Assembly: GCA_050179755.1 (NCBI GenBank)
Contig: JBFXEV010000001.1
Coordinates: 1,289,994 to 1,353,993 of the forward strand
Reading direction: 5' to 3'
Length of the DNA stretch: 64,000 nt
DNA from: Candidatus Babeliales bacterium
GTDB lineage: Bacteria > Babelota > Babeliae > Babelales > JBFXEV01
Shown: positions 18,163 through 26,739 of the stretch, one piece after another
How positions within the stretch are numbered: position 1 is the first letter of the stretch
How the letters are laid out: every line of letters starts with the position of its first letter
Notes under the pieces: model-generated
What the model saw: the letters and a program-made list of their open reading frames with translations, nothing else
What the model was told of the DNA's origin: nothing
The model's database searches: none
Position numbers and translations under genes: made by a program

Positions 18163-18390
18163 TTAGCAAACGTCGCAAGAATCGCAGCCAACCATTGCCC
18201 AAACGAACATTGCAAGGCTTACAAGACCAGAAAGTGCAACCAACCACACTGCAGCGTCATGAAGACCTGCTGGCAAGTAACCCATTAAGTCGTGACCACG
18301 AGCTGCAAGCCCGTAGTTAAGCGCTGCAAGGCCTGTTACAACCCACGTTACCATACCCACTAATCTAAGGACTGGAGATTTATTCATCAT
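18163..18390 (-). CDS. Small membrane protein, DUF378-like
   Basis: Two TM helices with GLAALNYGL..G.DL motif; GGGAG RBS before ATG at 18390. Confidence 0.6.
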   Translation of the reverse strand: MMNKSPVLRLVGMVTWVVTGLAALNYGLAARGHDLMGYLPAGLHDAAVWLVALSGLVSLAMFVWAMVGCDSCDVC

Positions 18391-18614
18391 AAAAATTCTC
18401 CCTTTTAAGTAAAAAATTGAACGACAATACCACATCTAATCAAAATTTTGCATATTTTTGCAATAAATGCAATAGTTTGAACAAAAAAAATTTATCTAAC
18501 TGACTGATAAGCCTTTTCATAAGGTTTTTTTATAGACAAGAAACTAGTTGCACGATATCTTTTTTTAAAGCAAACTGAGAAATATATCTTATAAATTCAA
18601 GGAAACACCCACTC

Positions 18615-19727
18615 ATGAGTATTGCCGCAGGCCTTGTAGGGCTCCCCAACGTAGGAAAATCAACATTATTTAATGCACTCACCAAATCTTCAATCCCTGC
18701 TGAAAATTACCCATTTTGCACCATTGATCCGCATACGGCAATCACTGAAGTGCCAGATCCGCGATTACAAAAACTTGCAAACATTTACGGCAGCAAAAAA
18801 ATTATTCCCTCCACCGTTTCATTTGTGGATATTGCAGGGCTTGTTAAAGGCGCTGCAAGTGGTGAAGGTCTTGGCAATCAGTTTTTAAGCAATATTCGTG
18901 AAGTAGATTTAATCTTGCACGTACTGCGTTGCTTTGAACATCCTACTATTTTGCATACCACCGGCAAAATTGATCCTGTTTCAGATTATGAAACTATTAT
19001 TGCCGAACTTATGCTCAAAGATTTAGAGTCGATTGACAAGCGTTTGCAAAAAATTGCAACTCAAATGAAAGCTGCGCAAAATGACGTTAAGCTTAAAAAA
19101 AGCTTAGAAGCAGAACAAGCATTGCTTACCAAAGTAAAAACTGCCATTGACTCGGGCGATGAAAAAAAAGTGCGGGAGCTCATGATTGGAGCGCCGAGCG
19201 ATAGCTTGCCATTATTATCTTCAAAAAACTATTTAATTATTGCAAACATTTCTGAAGAAGATATAGAAAATGACGCGTATACTAAAAATCCTCACTACCA
19301 AAAAGTGGTAGAGCGCTTTGGCAAAGATAAAGTGATTCCTGTATGTGTGCGCTTGGCATCCGAGCTTTCGCAAGCTAGTGAAGAAGAGGCAAAAGAGATT
19401 ATGCAAATGGCGGGCCTTAAAGAACATGCATTAGATAAAGTGATCCGTGCAACTTACGATCAACTTGGCCTTATTACGTTTTTTACGTGTGGCCCTAAAG
19501 AAGCTCATGCGTGGCCAATTAGAAAAGGCATTACGGTGCGACAAGCGGCTGGTGAAATTCACTCTGATTTAGAGCGTGGTTTTATTTGTGCAGAAGTGTT
19601 TAATTGCCAAGATTTATTTACGCATGGTTCTGAAGTAAAGCTTAAAGAGGTTGGCAAGATTAAAACTGAAGGCCAGGATTATTTGGTGAAAGACGGCGAT
19701 CTGTTAAATATAAAATTTAACGTATAA
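18615..19727 (+). CDS. ychF: Ribosome-binding ATPase YchF
   Basis: GLVGLPNVGKSTLFNALT, ENYPFCTIDP, DIAGLVKGA, GLGNQFL, AAGEIHSD. Confidence 0.96.
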   Translation: MSIAAGLVGLPNVGKSTLFNALTKSSIPAENYPFCTIDPHTAITEVPDPRLQKLANIYGSKKIIPSTVSFVDIAGLVKGAASGEGLGNQFLSNIREVDLILHVLRCFEHPTILHTTGKIDPVSDYETIIAELMLKDLESIDKRLQKIATQMKAAQNDVKLKKSLEAEQALLTKVKTAIDSGDEKKVRELMIGAPSDSLPLLSSKNYLIIANISEEDIENDAYTKNPHYQKVVERFGKDKVIPVCVRLASELSQASEEEAKEIMQMAGLKEHALDKVIRATYDQLGLITFFTCGPKEAHAWPIRKGITVRQAAGEIHSDLERGFICAEVFNCQDLFTHGSEVKLKEVGKIKTEGQDYLVKDGDLLNIKFNV

Positions 19728-19760
19728 AAATTACAGCTATCTTATTCAAAAATGTAATTC

Positions 19761-19788
19761 ATGGATACTATGAATGAGTAGTATCCAT
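19761..19788. terminator. Hairpin between convergent genes
   Basis: ATGGATACTA...TAGTATCCAT. Confidence 0.5.
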
Positions 19789-19793
19789 TGGTT

Positions 19794-20897
19794 TTACCGA
19801 GCATCAGATTCTTGAACGTCGGCTAACCCTACGTCCTTTGCCTCTTCTTTCACGCCTTTTTGTAATCCTAAAGTTTTGTTCCAAACCCTATTAAAACTTT
19901 GACGTAACAACTTTATCCCCGCTTCTAATTGCTGCTCTGTTATTTGCGGATTATATAGTTTGGCCCGCGCCACTTTGCCTGTTACTAATTGTTTAAACAA
20001 TTCCTGTATAATAAGCCTTCCCACATCTTTGCTTTGACCAGTATGTTTTCTTTGTGCAAAAACTCTGATTGAGGGGAAAATATGCTGAATCTCTTTAGGT
20101 GTCACAGTAAAAATAAGCGCATTAAATCTATCTGGCTTTTCTTGAATTATAGGATATTGTAGAGCAGTTTTACCATCATCCCTCGCAGCATTTACATCAG
20201 CACCAGCTTCAATAAGCTTTTGGATATGCGGAATATAGCCACCATCAAGTGCATTAAATAGAGGAGTTCTGCCTCCTTCAATAAATCCGCTCCGCTGGGT
20301 TGTCGCATCAACATCTGCTCCGGCGCTTAAAAGAACATCCATTGGATCTAGATCATTCCATTCTCCACGATAATCCTTTTCGGGATTAAAATTTGCAGCA
20401 AAGTGAAGTGCGGTAGCACCATATGTATTGGGAGTTTCTGTCTTGGCACCGTTATCTAAAAGCATTTTTACCATTGTTCCTTTTCCCAAACTTGCCGCTT
20501 CCTGCAAAGGCGTTTTATCCATGCTCGATCTTGCTTCTAACTGATAGCCACCCTCTTGCAATACTTGAGCCAGCGTTTCTGCAGTACCTTCCCTAATAGC
20601 ATTAAGTAAACGTTGATTGTACGCAAACTGCAAAGGAGTTTGACCAAACTCATTAGGTTTACTTGCATCAACTCCCTGCGACATAAGTTTTTTTACCGTA
20701 TCCACATCTCCCTCAAAACTTGCAAATCTTAAATCGGTTAAATCATTCTGTTCGCGCTGTCGCTCGGCGCGCTGCTCAGCAGCAGATTTTGACATAGATC
20801 GCAACCACGTAGTGAACCGCTCCATCGCAAAAGCCGTAAAAATGCCAGTGTTTGCTAGTAATAATGCCAGCCCTAATTTCTGGATATACGATTGCAT
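19794..20897 (-). CDS. Secreted ankyrin-repeat protein
   Basis: AGGAGG RBS; signal ending TAFA|MER; GQTPL, KTPLQEAA, GATALHFAA, GRTPLFNA, GKTALQ repeats. Confidence 0.88.
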   Translation of the reverse strand: MQSYIQKLGLALLLANTGIFTAFAMERFTTWLRSMSKSAAEQRAERQREQNDLTDLRFASFEGDVDTVKKLMSQGVDASKPNEFGQTPLQFAYNQRLLNAIREGTAETLAQVLQEGGYQLEARSSMDKTPLQEAASLGKGTMVKMLLDNGAKTETPNTYGATALHFAANFNPEKDYRGEWNDLDPMDVLLSAGADVDATTQRSGFIEGGRTPLFNALDGGYIPHIQKLIEAGADVNAARDDGKTALQYPIIQEKPDRFNALIFTVTPKEIQHIFPSIRVFAQRKHTGQSKDVGRLIIQELFKQLVTGKVARAKLYNPQITEQQLEAGIKLLRQSFNRVWNKTLGLQKGVKEEAKDVGLADVQESDAR

Positions 20898-21079
20898 GAG
20901 TTAATCCTCCTATAATCCCTAGTTAATTTATAATAAGTGGGCTCTAATTGCCTTTCCCCATACAATTAGTATAGCAAAAAAGGCCCTAATAATGCCACAA
21001 TTTATTTCTATTTGAAAATATATAGATTTTCTACAGAGTAAACTAGTAGAAAGACAGTAAACAGACAATAAAAGGAAAT

Positions 21080-21110
21080 ACCGCCTACAAAGAAGTACTT
21101 CATAGGCGGT
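21080..21110 (-). terminator. Terminator-like hairpin
   Basis: ACCGCCTA...TAGGCGGT downstream of the stop at 21129. Confidence 0.45.
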
Positions 21111-21128
21111 TTAATTACCTCAATTTAA

Positions 21129-23528
21129 CTATTGTGGTTGCGCAAAAGATCCTTCAAGCGCCGCTTGTACGCGCTGCATCAATTCAATAAACGGTGCACT
21201 CTGCACATCAATGCCTTGAGCTTTGCGCACAAAATCAGTTAAATAATTAATAACACCTGCTGCATTACGCTCATTGATTAAATTAGTAAGCGGAGCAAGA
21301 CTTTCATAAATACCCATAGATGAAGAACCACGGCGCGTTGCACTGAGTTGTTCTGAATAATAACCCGCTTTTGCAACTCCTAAAAGCTGCTCATTCGTTT
21401 CAACATCAAGAAGCACAGGAGCAAGCGATAGATCAAGTAGCGCCCTTCCAGCCTCACTTGAACTTGCTGCCGTCGCTTTTAAAGCACTCACCGTTTTTGC
21501 GGCTGAACCTTTGGGTGAATAATATTTCATTGGACTAGTAACCGCATTGAGTGACTCAATAAGCATCGCAAGATTCTGCTTCACTTTATCAGGATCCTCT
21601 TTAATAAGCTGATACCGTGCTGCAAAATAGTCAAAAATCCGTAACAAAATACCATACGGTTTTATAAGCTCATACATTGATTCAACAGTTATGCCATTAT
21701 CAATAAGAGACTTTTTATTTTTTACTGCCCTATTAATGGCCAAATACACATCGCGTGGTGTACGATACAAACTACCCAAAACTTGTACTAATTGATCATG
21801 TAATACTGGCATTGATTCTGATGCAACTAAGATACGCTCCTTAAATTGCGTTGGCACTTTTCGCGCATCAACAACGATCGCAATAACTTGTTTATCTTGC
21901 GCATCTGATTCAACTAAATCTCTCAGCCGATTTAACAAATCTTGCGGCATGTTTGGTGCAAGCTCTGTAAGTCCACTTACAATCTTGGCAGCATCAAGAG
22001 ACGATTTTGCAAGCTCTGTTTGTAAACCTTGGAGCACCGATGATTCGCGCTCACCCAATTGCCCTTGATATACATTAGTAACAGATTTTAAAAGAGTTTG
22101 TAATTGCGTTAGCGATGCTACTTTTTGTAATCTATCTCGCACAAAATCAGGCAAGCTCATAGTGATGACCGGCTTAGTATTTGCAAGCTGCCATGTAAGT
22201 GCAGATTTAAGTGAATCATTATGTATCTCATTTTCAAAAAGTGTTAAATCAAATATGTGGCGCGCTGCATTACGTTTTATTTCTACTGCACCGGTTGCAG
22301 GTTGCGTTACAAATTCACGAGGATTAAAAAGGAATACAAGTAATGGTGATATTTTCTTGCCTTTTTGCACGCCACGTTGCGTGGTGCCCTCTAAGCCTTT
22401 CCATAACATATCACCAAAGAGTATAAATGCAGGCTGTATACGCAAAAAGTTAAGTGATCGCGCAAGTGCATTTAAGGCATTCTCAGGTGCAAGCGTGGCC
22501 GCTTTATCTTTAGTGAATTGATCCCATACTGCAAGGAATGCCGCATCAGAGGATTGCTGCGCTGCTTCAGTTACGTTCTCTGATCCTTTAACAGCCGGCG
22601 CTTGTCGCTGAGCCACAATGCTTGAAACCACCAATAACTCTATATCACGGACTGAAAGCCTTTGCGGCGCAAACAAACAAGCTGCAAGAGGCGTTATAAT
22701 AGTCTTAAAAAGCGCATCAGGCCGCAATATCATTCCCGTAAACGTTTCATAGAGTTCTTGCAAACGTGCATTTGCATTTGCCTTATCAACTGAAAAGTCC
22801 TTTTGAAGCAGTGCAAAAAGACCCGTTTTTTCCTGCATAAGCGCATCAAGCTCTGCACGCTTTAAAAATTGTTCCTTATTACGCAAATCTTTTAATGCTT
22901 TACCAACTATTTCTTTAAAACGGTTGCTATTAAGATATTCTGTTGTTGCAAGATCTTTAAGCATTTCTAAAAATACTGCATCTGATCGATTTTTCTCATC
23001 ATCCGTTTTTTGCGCAAGTTGCTCTGGAGTAAGTACTGGCAATACGGGAGCTGCAACGGGTTTTGGTTTTGTGCCGATAAACGCAGGCGGCAAACCGGGC
23101 GCCGGTGGCGGCGCAATCGGAGCAGCTGACGGAGTTGGAGGCGCTGGAATATCGCTTGGCTCAGTCGGCTCAATTGGCTCAGTTGGTTCTGACGCAGGAC
23201 TTGTTACCGATGAAGGAGTGCCAGGTTGTGCAGTTTTTGGTTGCTCAAAAATTTGTGCTAAGCGTGCACGTTTTTCATCATCAGAAAGAATTTGGAATGC
23301 TGCACGCTCATCGGGCGTTAAACTAGCCAAAAATTGTGCCATTAATTGTTTAATAGGATCTTTTACTTTTGGCGGCTTTGGAGCAGCCGCTGGCTTGCCA
23401 GCCAAATTATTTTCTAAAGTCTGTAAGTTTCTTACTAAAGACTCAAGCCGATCTTTTAACCTATCTTGCATCATGCCAAGGCTAGCTGATACCCAAAAAA
23501 AAAGACTTACTAGTACATAGTGCTTTAT
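21129..23528 (-). CDS. Large secreted hypothetical protein with Pro-rich region; probable ATA start
   Basis: 781-aa ORF from 23474 extends in frame to ATA at 23528, 5 nt after AAGGAG, adding the signal peptide IKHYVLVSLFFWVSASLG|MM. Confidence 0.65.
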   Translation of the reverse strand: MKHYVLVSLFFWVSASLGMMQDRLKDRLESLVRNLQTLENNLAGKPAAAPKPPKVKDPIKQLMAQFLASLTPDERAAFQILSDDEKRARLAQIFEQPKTAQPGTPSSVTSPASEPTEPIEPTEPSDIPAPPTPSAAPIAPPPAPGLPPAFIGTKPKPVAAPVLPVLTPEQLAQKTDDEKNRSDAVFLEMLKDLATTEYLNSNRFKEIVGKALKDLRNKEQFLKRAELDALMQEKTGLFALLQKDFSVDKANANARLQELYETFTGMILRPDALFKTIITPLAACLFAPQRLSVRDIELLVVSSIVAQRQAPAVKGSENVTEAAQQSSDAAFLAVWDQFTKDKAATLAPENALNALARSLNFLRIQPAFILFGDMLWKGLEGTTQRGVQKGKKISPLLVFLFNPREFVTQPATGAVEIKRNAARHIFDLTLFENEIHNDSLKSALTWQLANTKPVITMSLPDFVRDRLQKVASLTQLQTLLKSVTNVYQGQLGERESSVLQGLQTELAKSSLDAAKIVSGLTELAPNMPQDLLNRLRDLVESDAQDKQVIAIVVDARKVPTQFKERILVASESMPVLHDQLVQVLGSLYRTPRDVYLAINRAVKNKKSLIDNGITVESMYELIKPYGILLRIFDYFAARYQLIKEDPDKVKQNLAMLIESLNAVTSPMKYYSPKGSAAKTVSALKATAASSSEAGRALLDLSLAPVLLDVETNEQLLGVAKAGYYSEQLSATRRGSSSMGIYESLAPLTNLINERNAAGVINYLTDFVRKAQGIDVQSAPFIELMQRVQAALEGSFAQPQ

Positions 23529-23651
23529 GTTTTCTCCTTAAAAATTTATTTCTAGTTTAAGTATAGACACCTGGAAGTTCGAAAGACAATAATCAATATA
23601 TATATGCCTAAAACAGAAGCTCGACTAAAAGTTTCAAGGCATTATCACGTG

Positions 23652-23885
23652 GCCGCTTACTCCGTCTACGTGTATCCGCGCACGCTCATCCTGAGCTTGT
23701 CGAAGGACAGGCTCGGCACAATACGCCGGACTTACATTACGGAGTGAGTTTACCCTGAGCTTGTCGAAGGGCCGCGGCGGGGCGCACGACTTTTTGCCTG
23801 TCCTTCGTAGTCAGCCAAGCCTGATGGCCTGGATTTGACGTAGGAGGAGCAAGAAAAAGGCTTTTGCCTGCGTGGAGCGCCGTGC
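23652..23885. repeat. Composite cluster of REP-like palindromes
   Basis: CCTGAGCTTGTCGAAGG at 23690 and 23754, plus TCCTTCGTAG...CGTAGGAGGA; GC-rich non-coding sequence. Confidence 0.7.
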
Positions 23886-24023
23886 AAGATGGAAAAACAG
23901 TATGAGTGTACGACTTGTACAAAAACAATACTATACCCTGCAACCCGCCACTCCCTTGTGTTCTCCTCCATAAAATATGCTATACTAAAACTATCTAATA
24001 TTATGGATATAAGGAATTATAGC

Positions 24024-24485
24024 ATGCGCCGCAAAAAAGGCTTTTTTTCAATCTCAGCCGTTGCACAGATGTTTTCAGTGCACCAGCAAACTATTAGACT
24101 CTATGAAAAAGAAGGCCTCATTACCCCTAAGCGTTCTGACGGTAATACGCGCCTTTTCTCTGAAGAAGACATCAATCAACTCGAGCAAATCATCTATCTA
24201 ACCCATCAGCTCGGCATTAACCTTGCAGGGGTAGAAATGGTCTTAAAACTTCAGGATAAAGTTAAAAAGCTTCAAAAACAGATGAATAAAATCTTAGATG
24301 CAACACACGAAGAACTTGAACAAGAAAGTGGAATTTCAAAACGACTTGCCACTACTACGGCTAAACAACTTATGGAAATGAAGCAAGTTGCCATCAAGAA
24401 GCCTAAAAAAGCCGACGAACCCGTATCTGAGCCTATTGATATTGAGATTGATACCGAAGGTTGGAAAATAGAGTACGATCAATAA
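24024..24485 (+). CDS. hspR: MerR-family heat-shock repressor HspR
   Basis: ISAVAQMFSVHQQTIRLYEKEGLITPKRSDGNTRLFS...LGINLAGVEMVL; ATG at 24024 after AAGGA. Confidence 0.88.
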   Translation: MRRKKGFFSISAVAQMFSVHQQTIRLYEKEGLITPKRSDGNTRLFSEEDINQLEQIIYLTHQLGINLAGVEMVLKLQDKVKKLQKQMNKILDATHEELEQESGISKRLATTTAKQLMEMKQVAIKKPKKADEPVSEPIDIEIDTEGWKIEYDQ

Positions 24486-24498
24486 TAAAAGGAGTACT

Positions 24499-25365
24499 AT
24501 GTGGAAGAATCAATTTAAAACGGCCGTATTGCTGGCTAGCTTGAGCGCTATGCTCATGTTCCTCGGTAATCTAGTAGGCGGGACAGAAGGCATGACAATG
24601 GCCTTTTTACTTTCTCTTATTATTAACGGCATTACCTACTTTTTCTCCGATAAAATAGTACTCAGCATGTATCGCGCCAAAAAGCTAGATCCGAGCCGTT
24701 ACCAAAACATCTATGCAATGGTAGATGAACTTGCAAAATCAATGAAAATTCCTATGCCCAAACTCTGGATCATAGACACTCCTATGGCCAACGCCTTTGC
24801 TACCGGCAGAAACCCGAGCAATGCCTCTGTTGCGGTAACGAGCGGTATTTTAAATATTCTTGATGAAGATGAATTACGCGGCGTGCTTGCACACGAGCTT
24901 TCTCATGTGATTAATCGAGACATTTTAGTAAGCACTATTGCAGCAACTCTTGCGAGCACCATTGGCTACGTTGCCCAAATGATGCGTTTTACTGCTTTTT
25001 ATGGCCCCTCTGATGATACTAAAGACAGAGTAAATCCTCTTGGCACACTTGCCGCTATTGTACTTATGCCTATTGCCGCATCACTCGTGCAACTTGCCAT
25101 TTCCCGCTCACGCGAATATTTGGCAGATGAAACTGGTGCTGACACCACTCATGAGCCACTTGCACTAGCTTCTGCTCTTGAAAAACTTGAGCAAAATAAG
25201 TCTTTTGCACATCTTAATCCAAATGATATGGGTAAAGCTTCTACTGCAAGCCTCTTTATTGTAAACCCCTTTTTGGGCGGCGCGATCATGAATTTGTTCT
25301 CAACGCACCCGCCAATGGCCCAAAGAATCGCTCGTTTGAGAGAAATGTCACGAAAAAGATTTTAA
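24499..25365 (+). CDS. htpX: Zinc metalloprotease HtpX
   Basis: ANAFATGRNP, LAHELSHV (HExxH), ISRSREYLAD, FSTHPP. Confidence 0.95.
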   Translation: MWKNQFKTAVLLASLSAMLMFLGNLVGGTEGMTMAFLLSLIINGITYFFSDKIVLSMYRAKKLDPSRYQNIYAMVDELAKSMKIPMPKLWIIDTPMANAFATGRNPSNASVAVTSGILNILDEDELRGVLAHELSHVINRDILVSTIAATLASTIGYVAQMMRFTAFYGPSDDTKDRVNPLGTLAAIVLMPIAASLVQLAISRSREYLADETGADTTHEPLALASALEKLEQNKSFAHLNPNDMGKASTASLFIVNPFLGGAIMNLFSTHPPMAQRIARLREMSRKRF

Positions 25366-25432
25366 TTAGATAAGAAAACAGTATACACTTAAGAGGAATA
25401 GAAAATCAGCCAAACACGCGAGGAGGATTCCT

Positions 25433-25897
25433 ATGCCTGGCAACGATCCTTTTGACACACCACCTGAGCAATTAACATTGTCGTATGAACTACTGTACCT
25501 ATTACAATGGATAATTGAAAACGAACAAGAAACTTTAAAGGTATTTATACAAGAGGCGGTGCGGCGCCAACAAGCAGCCGAGCGCCATCAAAAGGAGCAC
25601 GTATACTATACACAAGACGATGAACTGCAACAGAACATTGTAGATTTTTTTGCCGTCCTTGATGCATTGCTCTATGAAGCAGTAGAAGAAGAATCAGTAC
25701 ATAAAGCAACACAAAAGAACTTATTGCCTTCTCTCAATCAAATTGATTCAGCGATTTGTGACACAGACACGTTACAATCGACGGTGGAGGAAACAACTGC
25801 GCATCTTGATGCTCACCCTGAGCAAAATGCAAAGGATGTTCTTCATAAAAAGCTGTTGCAGCAATGGGAGCCGGACGAGCAAACTTTGGCAAATTGA
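25433..25897 (+). CDS. Hypothetical acidic protein
   Basis: GAGGAGG RBS; 154-aa ORF. Confidence 0.7.
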   Translation: MPGNDPFDTPPEQLTLSYELLYLLQWIIENEQETLKVFIQEAVRRQQAAERHQKEHVYYTQDDELQQNIVDFFAVLDALLYEAVEEESVHKATQKNLLPSLNQIDSAICDTDTLQSTVEETTAHLDAHPEQNAKDVLHKKLLQQWEPDEQTLAN

Positions 25898-25920
25898 TAA
25901 ATAAATAAAACCTATTATCT

Positions 25921-25955
25921 CCGTTCATTCTGAACTTGTCGAAGGACATGAACGG
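25921..25955. repeat. Short-form REP-like element
   Basis: CCGTTCATTCTGAACTTGTCGAAGGACATGAACGG between convergent genes. Confidence 0.7.
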
Positions 25956-25956
25956 T

Positions 25957-26568
25957 TCAAAAAAATCCTAATCTTTCGAGTGCCTCACGCACTTCAAACA
26001 TGGGTAAGCCAAGAATTGTTGTATACGAACCGTTTAATGACTTAAGAAACTGTGCGCCATATCCTTCTATGGTAATGGCGCCAGCAATTTTCAGATAATG
26101 CGGCACTTCTTTAAAATATTTCGGAATCCATTCATCGGGCATATCAAATTCATACGTAGCACTCACAAATTGCATTACACGTTCTTCAGTAACCCACGCA
26201 CCATTTTGCTGTTTTTTACGATCCAAGCAAAATGCAGTTCCCACATACCCACCTCTACGCAGTGCTTTAATTTTTTTAATAGCGTCTTGCGTGTCACTCG
26301 GTTTGCCATGAATAACGCCATCGATATCAACACCCATGGTATCAGCAGTTAACACAAAGCAATGCTTTTGTTGCTGAGCATCTTCTGGCAAAATAACATG
26401 CTCCATTTTATAAAGTGATATTTTTTCTATCACTTCTTGCCACGGCAAGTTCCAATCACATTGTGTTTCATCGGCTGATTGAGTAACTAATATAAATGGA
26501 ATTTGCGCTTCTTTTAAAAGTTGCTGGCGAGCGGCTGATGTTGAGCCTAAAAAAAGTGTATGTGGCAT
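25957..26568 (-). CDS. maf: Maf-family nucleoside triphosphate pyrophosphatase
   Basis: LFLGSTSAARQQLL, TADT, IHGKP, GSYTTILGLP. Confidence 0.88.
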   Translation of the reverse strand: MPHTLFLGSTSAARQQLLKEAQIPFILVTQSADETQCDWNLPWQEVIEKISLYKMEHVILPEDAQQQKHCFVLTADTMGVDIDGVIHGKPSDTQDAIKKIKALRRGGYVGTAFCLDRKKQQNGAWVTEERVMQFVSATYEFDMPDEWIPKYFKEVPHYLKIAGAITIEGYGAQFLKSLNGSYTTILGLPMFEVREALERLGFF

Positions 26569-26679
26569 AAAAAATCTCGTTAAATTTTGTTAGATATATA
26601 AGTAGAATAGCAATTTAAACAGTAAATTAAATAGTTTTTGCATTTCGCAATCCACATTATGTTTATATTCAAAGCAAAA

Positions 26680-26710
26680 ACCGGAAAACATTATAACAAT
26701 GTTTCCCGGT
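26680..26710 (-). terminator. Terminator-like hairpin
   Basis: ACCGGAAAACATT...AATGTTTCCCGGT. Confidence 0.55.
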
Positions 26711-26739
26711 CACTAATTCTTTACAAGCTATTAAAATAA

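Noticed and set aside
23737..23971. Short ORFs ending in LRQAQG, PSTSSG or PELVEG (also near 33.7, 42.5 and 50.6 kb)
   Set aside because: They are translations of the REP palindrome, not genes
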